A stretch of DNA of 64,000 nt from contig JBDRHZ010000023.1 of the NCBI GenBank assembly GCA_043816305.1, forward strand, positions 7,720-71,719. Reading direction: 5' to 3'. Below the pieces are notes generated by a model. It had not been told where the DNA came from. It worked only from the letters and a program-made list of their open reading frames with translations, and did no database searches. A program made the position numbers and the translations under genes. Source of the stretch: Patescibacteria group bacterium (GTDB lineage Bacteria; Patescibacteriota; Dojkabacteria; JAHIVN01). The first letter of the stretch is position 1; each line of letters begins with the position of its first letter. Positions 44,693-53,592 of the stretch are shown one piece after another.

Positions 44693-46528
44693 ATGAATCA
44701 AAAGAAACTAAAGTCCTTCATTATAGCGCTCGTACTTGTCATCGCTACAATAATCGTAATTTACCTCGCAACCTCCGACGAAAGTCTTGATATCCGTAAT
44801 CAAGCATCCGGCGGAGAAACTATAACTGTTTGCTTTAACGGAGGAGCTGATTGTGATTTCGATTACGAAAACGGTGATGATAAACAGGCTATTCAATCCG
44901 CAATCGACCTGGCTCAAGATGGTGATACTGTACAACTAGAGGAAGGCATATACGAGATAGACAGTTACATCAACCAATATGATAATTATTACGGCACAGC
45001 AGCAGGAATCGGAATCCATGATTCTATCACGTTAAAAGGTGCCGGCCTTACAAAGACCATCATAAAGGGGCTGAAAGACTGGAATACTTATGGAATTCAT
45101 GTAGGACTGCTCACAATAAGTGAATCGGAAGATTTTAAAATCGAGGAGTTAACCTTGATTTCGAAAGGGAAATCTGTTCCAGCTATATATACTTATAGTT
45201 CTCAAGGAGAGATCCATAATAATCTTTTGAAGGCGCCTAAACATTTAGGTCTTTATATTGACGAATCTTCAGATGTAGAGATCAAGAACAATATTGTGAC
45301 CGAATGTCAGTACTTCGGTATCTTTGTTGAAAAATCTGATGCTGTTATAAAAAACAATATTGTCTTTAGAAACAATGATCAAGGGATAACGTCCTTTCCT
45401 GAAAGTACGATCGAGATCATAAACAACACTATAGTTGAAAATGGCCTGGACCCCGAGGGAGTAAGTTATGGAGCCGTCTCAATTATGAGAAGATCCTCTG
45501 CAAATATTATCAACAACATTATCGCAAATAACAGAAATTATGGAATCTTTAATGATTCCGACAGATCATGGGCTGGTGAATATATAAACGATTACAATAA
45601 TGTTTTCCAAAACGAACAAGGCAACTATTCAGATGTCGAGCCCGGAGAAAACTCTATCAGCGAGGACCCGGAATTTTATGAAGACGACAGTTACCTATAT
45701 CTACTAAAAGATACTTCCAGCTCGGTAGATTCTGGAGACCCTTCAATAGAGGACCCCTCGAGTAATGGAATCGAAGCAGATTTTCCTGCAAAGGGCTCTA
45801 AGGCATCTGATATAGGAGCATATGGAGGGCCCGACACAGCGGGTTGGGAACCATATCTACCATTCCCAGCTATAGACCCGATCTGCTCAAATGATGCTGA
45901 TTGTGAGCCTGACTGTGAAGGATATCATATGTATGAATACCTCTGCAGACAAGGAGACTGTGTATATGGAAGTGACTTGAAATGCAGTGCAAAGTGCGGT
46001 GCAGAGTGTACGACAAATAACGTTGGGGAGAGTGAGTGCGCGGATGGCTTCGAGTGCAACTTTGATAGCTGCAAATGTGAAATAGTTCTGCCTACAATTT
46101 GTGGCACAAATGAAAGCTGCAAACCTCCATGCGATGGCAAGAAAAGGCTTTCATACAGTTGTTTACGTACAGGGGCTGAAGGATTCTGTGTATTTGGAGA
46201 AGAGCCGACTTGCAACAAGGACTGCGGAGCTGAATGCACCAAAGACGGAGATTGTACTGTCGGCAAGTGCAACTTGAAAGCTTGCACTTGTGAATCTACA
46301 ACCCCGCCGCCTGTAAAAAATTGCGAGGAGAGTGACATCTGGGGCCCGTTAGAGAAACCAGATGACAAGGTAAGTGCTTATGATCTGTCACTCATTCTTT
46401 CAAACTGGAAATGGCAGAAAACTCCAAAGGACGAACAGGCTGATATATGGGGAACTTCACAAAAGGCTGACGGAAATGTAAATGCCTATGACCTGTCAAA
46501 AGTACTAGGCTGCTGGACAAAAAAATAA
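44693..46528 (+). CDS. Secreted parallel beta-helix (PbH1-repeat) protein with two Cys-rich modules and a dockerin-like tail
   Basis: Signal/TM peptide FIIALVLVIATIIVIYLA. Beta-helix turns (VEIKNNIVTECQYFGIFV, AVIKNNIVFRNNDQGI, IEIINNTIVENG, ANIINNIIANNRNYGIF), then SEDPEF...DIGAYGG. The tail is CEESDIWGPLEKPDDKVSAYDLSLILSNWKWQKTPKDEQADIWGTSQKADGNVNAYDLSKVLGCWTKK. Confidence 0.8.
   Translation: MNQKKLKSFIIALVLVIATIIVIYLATSDESLDIRNQASGGETITVCFNGGADCDFDYENGDDKQAIQSAIDLAQDGDTVQLEEGIYEIDSYINQYDNYYGTAAGIGIHDSITLKGAGLTKTIIKGLKDWNTYGIHVGLLTISESEDFKIEELTLISKGKSVPAIYTYSSQGEIHNNLLKAPKHLGLYIDESSDVEIKNNIVTECQYFGIFVEKSDAVIKNNIVFRNNDQGITSFPESTIEIINNTIVENGLDPEGVSYGAVSIMRRSSANIINNIIANNRNYGIFNDSDRSWAGEYINDYNNVFQNEQGNYSDVEPGENSISEDPEFYEDDSYLYLLKDTSSSVDSGDPSIEDPSSNGIEADFPAKGSKASDIGAYGGPDTAGWEPYLPFPAIDPICSNDADCEPDCEGYHMYEYLCRQGDCVYGSDLKCSAKCGAECTTNNVGESECADGFECNFDSCKCEIVLPTICGTNESCKPPCDGKKRLSYSCLRTGAEGFCVFGEEPTCNKDCGAECTKDGDCTVGKCNLKACTCESTTPPPVKNCEESDIWGPLEKPDDKVSAYDLSLILSNWKWQKTPKDEQADIWGTSQKADGNVNAYDLSKVLGCWTKK
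46322..46525 (+). other. Dockerin-like 68-aa tail module, copy 3
   Basis: Same twin-segment architecture and same length as copies 1 and 2. Confidence 0.6.
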
Positions 46529-46545
46529 TATTTTAGAAACATTTA

Positions 46546-47163
46546 ATGAAACTCAAGCCAGTTTTATTCTTAATCATAATCTTTACCTTTACTCTTTTAG
46601 CTCATCCAGGCAAAACTTGTGCGCAAACAGCATCCCTGTCCTTTGAGCCAAATACCATAACAGCGATAGGAAATGAAGACGTTGTTATAACAGTTTATCT
46701 TGACACTAACTCAACAGAGACAAATACTATCACGGTAGATATTGACTACGATCCTAAGATTCTCGAAGTTACAGAACTCGATACACAAAACAGTGTTTTT
46801 GAATCCAGCGCCGAAGAAGACTTCGGTAATGGCAACATCCTTCTCACCAGATTTATGAGTCCAGGTAATTTATTTAAAGGCAAGGGAGAATTACTAAAGG
46901 TGAAGTTCCGCATCTTACAAGAGACGGCTTCGACTGTTCGTTTTGGAGATAAAACCTTAGTTCTGGATACGTCCGCCAATTCCCTTGACCTGTCGAGTGG
47001 CACATTATCTATAAACGATGAGGTTGGTAATGTAACAGATATTGTCATAGACAAAGATAATTCATATCTAATAATATTGGCCGTTGTGTTTGTTGTAGTT
47101 ATTTTACTTGTTGCATATCTACTGTCAAGAAAAAGGAAAGGCCAGTTTGCTCAACAAGGATAA
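46546..47163 (+). CDS. Cohesin-like domain protein, signal peptide plus C-terminal TM anchor
   Basis: Signal peptide ...LLAHPGKTCA. ASLSFEPNTITAIGNEDVVITVYLDTNSTETNTITVDIDYDPKILEVTELD...GKGELLKVKFRILQETASTVRF follows the cohesin pattern (..G..v.v.v......v...dftl.YDp..Levv.v...........G.la.v.Fkv..). It ends YLIILAVVFVVVILLVAYLLSRKRKG. Confidence 0.6.
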   Translation: MKLKPVLFLIIIFTFTLLAHPGKTCAQTASLSFEPNTITAIGNEDVVITVYLDTNSTETNTITVDIDYDPKILEVTELDTQNSVFESSAEEDFGNGNILLTRFMSPGNLFKGKGELLKVKFRILQETASTVRFGDKTLVLDTSANSLDLSSGTLSINDEVGNVTDIVIDKDNSYLIILAVVFVVVILLVAYLLSRKRKGQFAQQG

Positions 47164-47223
47164 AAAACAGGGGACTTGTTTTGTCATTTTGTTTATTATA
47201 GTCTATAATAGTTTTTATTAAAT

Positions 47224-47874
47224 ATGAGAAATACTGCTGTGAAAATAAACCTTCAAAAGATCACCACCCTGATTTCTGCTTTCTTGATCTCGTTTGTATG
47301 TTTGCCAAACCTTGGAGTGAAGGCGCAAACAGCAGATGCTTCTCTTTACTTTTCACCCGTTTCTACTTCAGTTTCGCTAAACGGTACCGTAAGCGTAGCA
47401 ATTATGGTCAATACAGGGGGAAACTCTGTAAATACTGTAACTGCCGACTTTACTTATCCAACAGATACTTTGCAAATTATCAATATCGATTCGACAAATA
47501 GCGAATTCAGCGTCGAGGCTGAAGAGGATCATACTTCAGGTACGGTTTATATCACCAGAGCCACCTCTGGAGGAGATAGTTATTCTGGCATCGGTGAAGT
47601 GACAACAATTAACTTTAGAGGTATAGCGGCTGGAACAGCCACATTGACATTTACGGGAGACGCAGTTGTAATGGATGCAGACACTTCACATGACATACTT
47701 GGAACGGCAAGCAACGGAACGCTCACTGTAAGCTCATCATCCCTGCCGAACACCGGTCTTTATGATAAGCCGCTTTTCTTTCTTGTTATTACTATTGCCT
47801 TGCTTTTCATTACCTTAGGGTTTGCCGGAGTTGCACAATACAAAGAAGATTTAAAAATTAAACGCCATAATTAA
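47224..47874 (+). CDS. Cohesin-like domain protein with LPNTG sortase-type sorting signal
   Basis: ASLYFSPVSTSVSLNGTVSVAIMVNTGGNSVNTVTADFTYPTDTLQIINID...GIGEVTTINFRGIAAGTATLTF. The C-terminus SLPNTG plus hydrophobic FFLVITIALLFITLGFAGV plus a KEDLKIKRHN tail forms the sorting signal. Confidence 0.6.
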   Translation: MRNTAVKINLQKITTLISAFLISFVCLPNLGVKAQTADASLYFSPVSTSVSLNGTVSVAIMVNTGGNSVNTVTADFTYPTDTLQIINIDSTNSEFSVEAEEDHTSGTVYITRATSGGDSYSGIGEVTTINFRGIAAGTATLTFTGDAVVMDADTSHDILGTASNGTLTVSSSSLPNTGLYDKPLFFLVITIALLFITLGFAGVAQYKEDLKIKRHN

Positions 47875-47891
47875 ACTTTAAGTTAAATAAA

Positions 47892-48608
47892 ATGAAGAAA
47901 AACATTCCTGTTCTTTTGCTTTCCATTTTAACATTTCTATTTGTGCTGCCCTTTGGAGTCAGGGCAGAAACAGGCAAAGCAACGCTCGAATTCAAGCACA
48001 AGAACTTCCAGGATGAGGTAATCGTTACCGATATTTACTTGAATACCGGCGGGGAGAAAGTGAATACAGTAACTGCAGATTTCAAGTATCCTTCGAAGGT
48101 GCTTGAAGTAACTGCTATAAACACCGATTCTTCATTGTTCCCATATTTTGTTGAGAAGGATTTCTCAAAACCAGGTGCCGTTTATATTTCCTGCTTTTCG
48201 CTAGAAGGCGTAAATGCAGAAGGAGTAATCGCCACAGTAACTTTCAAATCTCTGAGTTCAGGAAAAGCGGAACTTACGTTTACTGAAGATGCAGTAGTAC
48301 TAGATGTAGATACTTCATCAAACATTCTCACATCGACTGAGCCAGCCTTATACACAATTTCTGACGACTTGAATATTCTTCCACAAACCGGATCAACCGA
48401 TCAATCTGTTATGCTGGGATTGTTCGTCCTCATTCTCCTTGTAATGATAGTACTCTTCGCATTAGCGGGCTTTACGATATGGGGCGGAATCTACTTCAGC
48501 ATGGGAAAGCTGAAACTTGAAGGAAAATATGAAGTCGGGTTAGGGAAGTCGAAGAAGGAAAAGGCTGTAAAGTCAAAGAGAGAGGCAACTTCTACTAAAA
48601 AGAAGTAA
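47892..48608 (+). CDS. Cohesin-like domain protein with LPQTG sortase-type sorting signal and a long basic tail
   Basis: ATLEFKHKNFQDEVIVTDIYLNTGGEKVNTVTADFKYPSKVLEVTAIN...GVIATVTFKSLSSGKAELTF. Then ILPQTG plus hydrophobic MLGLFVLILLVMIVLFALAGFTIWGGIYF plus a Lys-rich tail. Confidence 0.6.
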   Translation: MKKNIPVLLLSILTFLFVLPFGVRAETGKATLEFKHKNFQDEVIVTDIYLNTGGEKVNTVTADFKYPSKVLEVTAINTDSSLFPYFVEKDFSKPGAVYISCFSLEGVNAEGVIATVTFKSLSSGKAELTFTEDAVVLDVDTSSNILTSTEPALYTISDDLNILPQTGSTDQSVMLGLFVLILLVMIVLFALAGFTIWGGIYFSMGKLKLEGKYEVGLGKSKKEKAVKSKREATSTKKK

Positions 48609-48688
48609 TTATTCTAACAAACGGCTTTTCCGATACAAAAGTATTTGCTTTATATTCAATACTTCCCTAAAATCGTATTTATACCTAC

Positions 48689-48777
48689 TCAAAAACAAAG
48701 TTTCGGACTTTTATTTTTTTAGTACTTACAGAATTTGTTTTATCGTCAAGTATAAGTCAAACTTGCAAAACAAAATT
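48689..48777 (+). repeat. Dispersed intergenic repeat, copy B (related to 2838-2910)
   Basis: TCAAAAACAAAGTTTCG...(25-nt spacer)...GAATTTGTTTTATCGTCAAGTATAAGTCAAACTTGCAAAACAAAATT. It ends 51 nt before the GTG start at 48829. Confidence 0.8.
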
Positions 48778-48828
48778 CACACAGATTTGTTTGAGTTTGC
48801 TATATAAGACCGTTATTAAGGTTGTATT

Positions 48829-49716
48829 GTGAAGCAAGTACGTGAAATCCTACAAACATATTTAGTTATCGTATTCACAGCAGTTCAGGTATTCCTAGTA
48901 TCCAGGTTCTGCATTGACTTTTTTGGGACTCAGTCAGAAAATTCACTATTCAGGCTTGTACGAAATATCTCATCATTTCTACTCAAACCCTTTGATCAAA
49001 CCTTTATTCCCTCAACCCTGGACGGCAGTACGCTCGACTACACTACACTTTATGCGATTATTATTTATACTCTTGGGGGAATTTTGACATTCCGCATTTG
49101 TAAAATCCTTGTAAAAACCGAATTGCATAAGAAAAGCCTTGAACTAGTAAATTTGATCTTTGCCAGTTTTGAAATTCTAATCGTTATAAGAATTGTTTCC
49201 GATATTTGTTCGGCTGGCCTAAGTTTTTTCTACTTATTTGTATTAAGATTTACAGACATTTTCATAAGACCACTCTCTCTGCTCACCGAAGTGACTGGTG
49301 ACTTGTCCGGCCAAATTGCTGCTGTAGCCTCGATGTTTGTCATTGGAATAATGTGGTTCACTATTTACAAGGTTGTAGAAGGTCTTAGCGACACTGCAGA
49401 AAAACTTGCTGATCAACTTCCTCAAACTCAAGCTCCAACTACACCTTCGGAACCGATACCAATCCAGGCGCCAGTTCAAACGGAAAAGGCAGTCGCTACA
49501 CAAGAGCAAAAACAACAATTTATCCAGGAGCCAATTCAAAACGCTCCCATTGAGCAAGTACAGCCAGAACAAAAACCTCAAAAAAAATCATCCAAGATTT
49601 TTGGGTCAATTCAAAAGACGTTTTCAACTATCTTAAAATCCGATGAAAAGGATAAACAAGTGTTCCAACTCCCAAAACAATCAGATAAAAATTCGAGAGA
49701 AAGTCCTCTAGCTTAG
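48829..49716 (+). CDS. Hypothetical polytopic membrane protein with a P/Q-rich C-terminal tail (GTG start)
   Basis: 295-aa ORF with four or five hydrophobic helices, then ...QLPQTQAPTTPSEPIPIQAPVQTEKAVATQEQKQQFIQEPIQNAPIEQVQPEQKPQKK. No family recognised confidently. Confidence 0.5.
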   Translation: MKQVREILQTYLVIVFTAVQVFLVSRFCIDFFGTQSENSLFRLVRNISSFLLKPFDQTFIPSTLDGSTLDYTTLYAIIIYTLGGILTFRICKILVKTELHKKSLELVNLIFASFEILIVIRIVSDICSAGLSFFYLFVLRFTDIFIRPLSLLTEVTGDLSGQIAAVASMFVIGIMWFTIYKVVEGLSDTAEKLADQLPQTQAPTTPSEPIPIQAPVQTEKAVATQEQKQQFIQEPIQNAPIEQVQPEQKPQKKSSKIFGSIQKTFSTILKSDEKDKQVFQLPKQSDKNSRESPLA

Positions 49717-49725
49717 CTGTCTACA

Positions 49726-51222
49726 CTACTTTTTCTTCCACAACCTTCTATAAAAAAGAACTGGGAAAAGCGTTGATAACATTAACAGACAACTTAAACC
49801 GTCTAGAACCATGACACCTTCATTATTAGACAATACCATAGCAAGGATAGCCACAGGAACTGCAAAGCCTAAGGATAAAAGAACCGAAACCAGCCAGACA
49901 GACGGGAACTGAAAGAGGTATAGTATAATTCGTATTAGCTTCTTCCTGCTTCTAGCGAGAAGCTTTGTTGATACGAATAGAGTTACTATTGTTCCCACAA
50001 GAATAATCCCGCTGATAGCAACAAGTAAAAGAGGCTCAATATTATTTGAATAGTAATAATTACTTCCACCCAATAGCTCGAAAATGCCACTGAACAATAA
50101 ATATGGGAGATATACAGTGATAACAACCGGCAGAACAAGCCATTCTAAAAAACTCATACTTCCATCATTCACCCCCTTGTTATCCGAAGTGTCTTCGAAA
50201 ACAACTTCTTCATCCATCTCCGTATACGGCAAGTTTGATGCTAAAAGTTTTGTTATCCGCATATTCTTTTCTGGTGTAAACCAGCTTCCCTTACCTAGTT
50301 CCTTGGTAATCTCTTCAATTTCAGTTTTAGAAATTTTCCCAGCATAGCTAGTGCTGAAATAGGAAGAATCTTCATCAGAATAATAATTCTCAATATCATA
50401 GTTCTCTACCCTGGCTTTGTGATCACCGATGACGTAAATTTCTACAGCTAAGTTTCGTTTGGCCAGAGCAGTCAGTTTCATGGGATAAATCATATCTGTC
50501 GTTTCGAAAGAAAACCTAAGGGGATCTACACTTCCTTCTGATAACTGCATTTCCACACCAGTTGATTCTGTAAATTTGTTGTTAACTTTGACAGTAACAA
50601 AATACCAGCCGCTGTCTAGGTAGTCCTGAACAGTTGGCAGGGCTTCGGACCAGGCTTCCTCCTGATCTGCATTCTGCTGTATGGGGAAATAATAGTCCTC
50701 TTCCTCTGTCACAGGCAATTTGTAATCATTTTCATTCATCCAATCTTTCAGATCATCTGCCACTTCTGCTGTAAGAATTGTGTAATCATAAATCCCGATA
50801 CTCTTTTGTTCTATGACTTGTACTGTAGACTTTTCTTCAAGTGCCGCACCTGTAACATCGCTGTACATGACAGGTGAATAGTAATTGTTATCACCTCTAA
50901 GCTTTTCTAGGATATTCTCCTTTGGCTCAGTGAACTCAGCTAGTTTTCGAAAGATTGAAGAATCAACCTTTGACACTTCAGGCTTTGAAGGAAGCGGTAT
51001 CACCCAGCCAAAATCAGAAGCATTACCAGCGAAGCTAATAGATATCACCAGATCTTCCCGCCCGTCTTGATAGATAATCAGTGCTTTTTGCTGTGTCTCA
51101 TAAACATAGTATTCACTTGGAGGCAAAATCATACCATCAGCCTTAACTTTTGAAGGTCCGGCTGACATTAACAGAAACGTAACCAGGAGAATTATATTTA
51201 GAAATTTCTTCATTCTAAACAA
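49726..51222 (-). CDS. DUF2330-family secreted/membrane protein
   Basis: Signal peptide, then GMILPP...QKALIIYQDGREDLVISISFAGNASDFGWVIPLPSKPEV, which matches the DUF2330 N-terminal pattern as remembered. The C-terminal part has several TM helices. Confidence 0.6.
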   Translation of the reverse strand: MFRMKKFLNIILLVTFLLMSAGPSKVKADGMILPPSEYYVYETQQKALIIYQDGREDLVISISFAGNASDFGWVIPLPSKPEVSKVDSSIFRKLAEFTEPKENILEKLRGDNNYYSPVMYSDVTGAALEEKSTVQVIEQKSIGIYDYTILTAEVADDLKDWMNENDYKLPVTEEEDYYFPIQQNADQEEAWSEALPTVQDYLDSGWYFVTVKVNNKFTESTGVEMQLSEGSVDPLRFSFETTDMIYPMKLTALAKRNLAVEIYVIGDHKARVENYDIENYYSDEDSSYFSTSYAGKISKTEIEEITKELGKGSWFTPEKNMRITKLLASNLPYTEMDEEVVFEDTSDNKGVNDGSMSFLEWLVLPVVITVYLPYLLFSGIFELLGGSNYYYSNNIEPLLLVAISGIILVGTIVTLFVSTKLLARSRKKLIRIILYLFQFPSVWLVSVLLSLGFAVPVAILAMVLSNNEGVMVLDGLSCLLMLSTLFPVLFYRRLWKKK

Positions 51223-51564
51223 ATTTTAAAATTATTTAAATTAATGTAACACAACTAACTATGCAAAACAAACAGCAGATTGCATTTATATAGACAGTTA
51301 TGGTTACAGATCTCCTCAGAACATAACTAGTACTCATCTGACAAGAGTACTGTAACATTTTACATATTTTAAATAATTATAACGAACTTGAAATACATGA
51401 GAAGGGATGAAGTGATAATGTCATCATAAAAGAACAAGCTATACGGACGAAATAGTAGGTAAGTAGTAGAGAAAGGAAAAATGTAACTGGGCATAGCGAT
51501 AGTAAATAATCCCGGTTTAGTAGATAAATTCAGACCTGTTAAAATCTTCAGGAAGCCTATACAA

Positions 51565-53421
51565 CTAATCGGTATTTATCGGCCTTAGGCTAGAAACTAC
51601 AGCCTCTGCTTGCAAAAGTAGCTTTTTATTCTCTCCTTCTATTTTAGAGAAATCACTAGCCTCAACCTCTGCGTCAATAATAACCAAATAATCCCTCTCC
51701 CCTATTCTTACCTTATTATCCCAATTTTCATATGACCCTTCTTGATAATGGTTAAACAGTGTTTTTATCAAGAGGTATCTTCCGTTGTCTAAAGACTGCC
51801 ACAATTCATGTTTGGTGTAATCTGTGTCGGCAATTCTGATAGGATAAGTATTATAGTTAATGTTATCCGACAACAGAGATTCCAGGTATCCGTCTAACGA
51901 CACTTCCACATCTTCCCAACTATAAATGCGAATACTTCCATTATGATTTTCTATAGACGCAAAAACTGCTCCACCGAAAGGCTCATCGTCTACACTGGTA
52001 GCATATGACCAACCCTCCGGAAGTACGACAGAATAATCTAGGGTATAGTCAAATATTTCTTGGTACTGTACTTTTCCGGTTACTCGAAACGAACCGATGA
52101 TCTTGTCTGCTACTTCCTCTTCTTCAGGATTCAACCCAGCCTCCTTTATAAGGAAAAGTCTATTTGGAAATTCATATAATGTTCGGCCATCACTGGAAAC
52201 ATACTTTCTTGTTTTGTATGAATTGATCTCCTCATCCTGCGAGTATGTATAGTCGTTGAAGCCGTTCCAGAAACCCAGTGAATACACAACTGTGACCACT
52301 GAGTTATCATTCCCCTGTGCCAATATTGAGAACTCGGCTAAGTTTTCAGATGCCTCTCTTTCAACTACCAGCCAATCCTTTTGAGGATATCTCAGACTAA
52401 AGCCATAATTTGTCCTTGCAAAAATCAGCCAATCTTGAGCAGCCGAGCTGTCTTCACCGAGAGCATAAATCTTTACACTTGCCAGAATAAACTCATAGAT
52501 CTCAAATTCTTCCTCCTCTACTGTTCCGAACTTTACATTGAAGAACTCTGAATTCTTTTGGGCAGAAATCCTGTCAATAGCAGTATACTGGTACCCACTG
52601 TAATTAACCCAGCCGGTATATTGCTTGCCACCAATATCAAATTTCTCAAGTTCTTTTGAGGGCTCGTCAGCACTTTGATAGATTTTGAAATATGATTTCT
52701 CACTTGTAACACTAACTGACAGCTTTTCTTGTGCTTTGTCTTCTTCTAATACCCAACTCAGGGGGTATGTGAATTCAAACCCATTTTCAAGATCAACATA
52801 AGTTTTCCACTCCTTGATCTTATCAAGCACTGACTCCTTTGCAACAAGTGAAATCTCAAAGCTTTGAGACTTACCGGAATTAAGAGTAAAAGAAGTATCA
52901 TAAACTTCATATCCTTTCAAAGTTACCCTCATTTCATATTTTCCTTCCTGTAGCTTTTTTACATACGGTGTCTTGCCCACTGAAGCATACTCCGTATACT
53001 CTTCTCCTTTTAACAACACCTCTGCCCCTTCAGGAACTGAATTTACGCTTACAGTTCCACCGGTCGGTACAAGTATTTCATTAACTGCATTTCGGATAGA
53101 CGGAACTGCAGCATAAGCAACACCTCCTACCATAAATATAGCTAAGAAAGAACTTAACATTGCAATCTGCCATTTCACCCCTCGGAAGAACATTCCCAGA
53201 AACGATCTTTTTTTACCTAATCCCGCGATATGGTCCCGGCGTTCATTCTCCAGCTTTTTAGCCTGCACGGTATTCTCAACAAGCTTGTCTAGGTTTTTCA
53301 AGAAAGTTTTATCCAAGTGGATATCGTCGCCGTACGCAGCTTTAGCAGCGTCTTCTATCGGTTTATTAAATTGTTCTTTATTAGAATTCTTCATATTTCT
53401 GCTATCATTTATAACTTTCAA
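51565..53421 (-). CDS. Single-pass membrane protein with extracellular PEGA domain; candidate anti-sigma factor / sensor
   Basis: Located downstream of the ECF sigma gene on the same strand. It has an ~80-aa cytoplasmic N-terminus, the TM helix WQIAMLSSFLAIFMVGGVAYAAV, the PEGA domain VSVNSVPEGAEVLLKGEEY...GKTPYVKKLQEGKYEMRVTLKGYEVYD, and a ~420-aa unassigned ectodomain. The track start is TTG; an ATG lies at 53394. Confidence 0.5.
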   Translation of the reverse strand: MKVINDSRNMKNSNKEQFNKPIEDAAKAAYGDDIHLDKTFLKNLDKLVENTVQAKKLENERRDHIAGLGKKRSFLGMFFRGVKWQIAMLSSFLAIFMVGGVAYAAVPSIRNAVNEILVPTGGTVSVNSVPEGAEVLLKGEEYTEYASVGKTPYVKKLQEGKYEMRVTLKGYEVYDTSFTLNSGKSQSFEISLVAKESVLDKIKEWKTYVDLENGFEFTYPLSWVLEEDKAQEKLSVSVTSEKSYFKIYQSADEPSKELEKFDIGGKQYTGWVNYSGYQYTAIDRISAQKNSEFFNVKFGTVEEEEFEIYEFILASVKIYALGEDSSAAQDWLIFARTNYGFSLRYPQKDWLVVEREASENLAEFSILAQGNDNSVVTVVYSLGFWNGFNDYTYSQDEEINSYKTRKYVSSDGRTLYEFPNRLFLIKEAGLNPEEEEVADKIIGSFRVTGKVQYQEIFDYTLDYSVVLPEGWSYATSVDDEPFGGAVFASIENHNGSIRIYSWEDVEVSLDGYLESLLSDNINYNTYPIRIADTDYTKHELWQSLDNGRYLLIKTLFNHYQEGSYENWDNKVRIGERDYLVIIDAEVEASDFSKIEGENKKLLLQAEAVVSSLRPINTD

Positions 53422-53592
53422 ATAAGCCTAAAGTAACACTAATTCTGATTATCTGGTCTCTTCATTTCACACAACTTTTTTGCATTTTTACCTCGTCAAA
53501 GCTCATCCTTGTAATCTTTAAATGCGTCCTGCCATTCATCTACCAGTTCTTCTCTACTTTCCGCTAAGTTTTCTGAACGAAGAAGGGTAACA

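Noticed and set aside
53460-53592. Short frame between the sigma and PEGA-protein genes that reads ..LLRSENLAESREELVDEWQDAFKDYKDEL and looks protein-like (possible mini anti-sigma)
   Set aside because: It has no ATG, GTG or TTG start in frame after the preceding stops, only a CTG. It is about 31 codons long and has no recognisable motif. The evidence is insufficient to call it.
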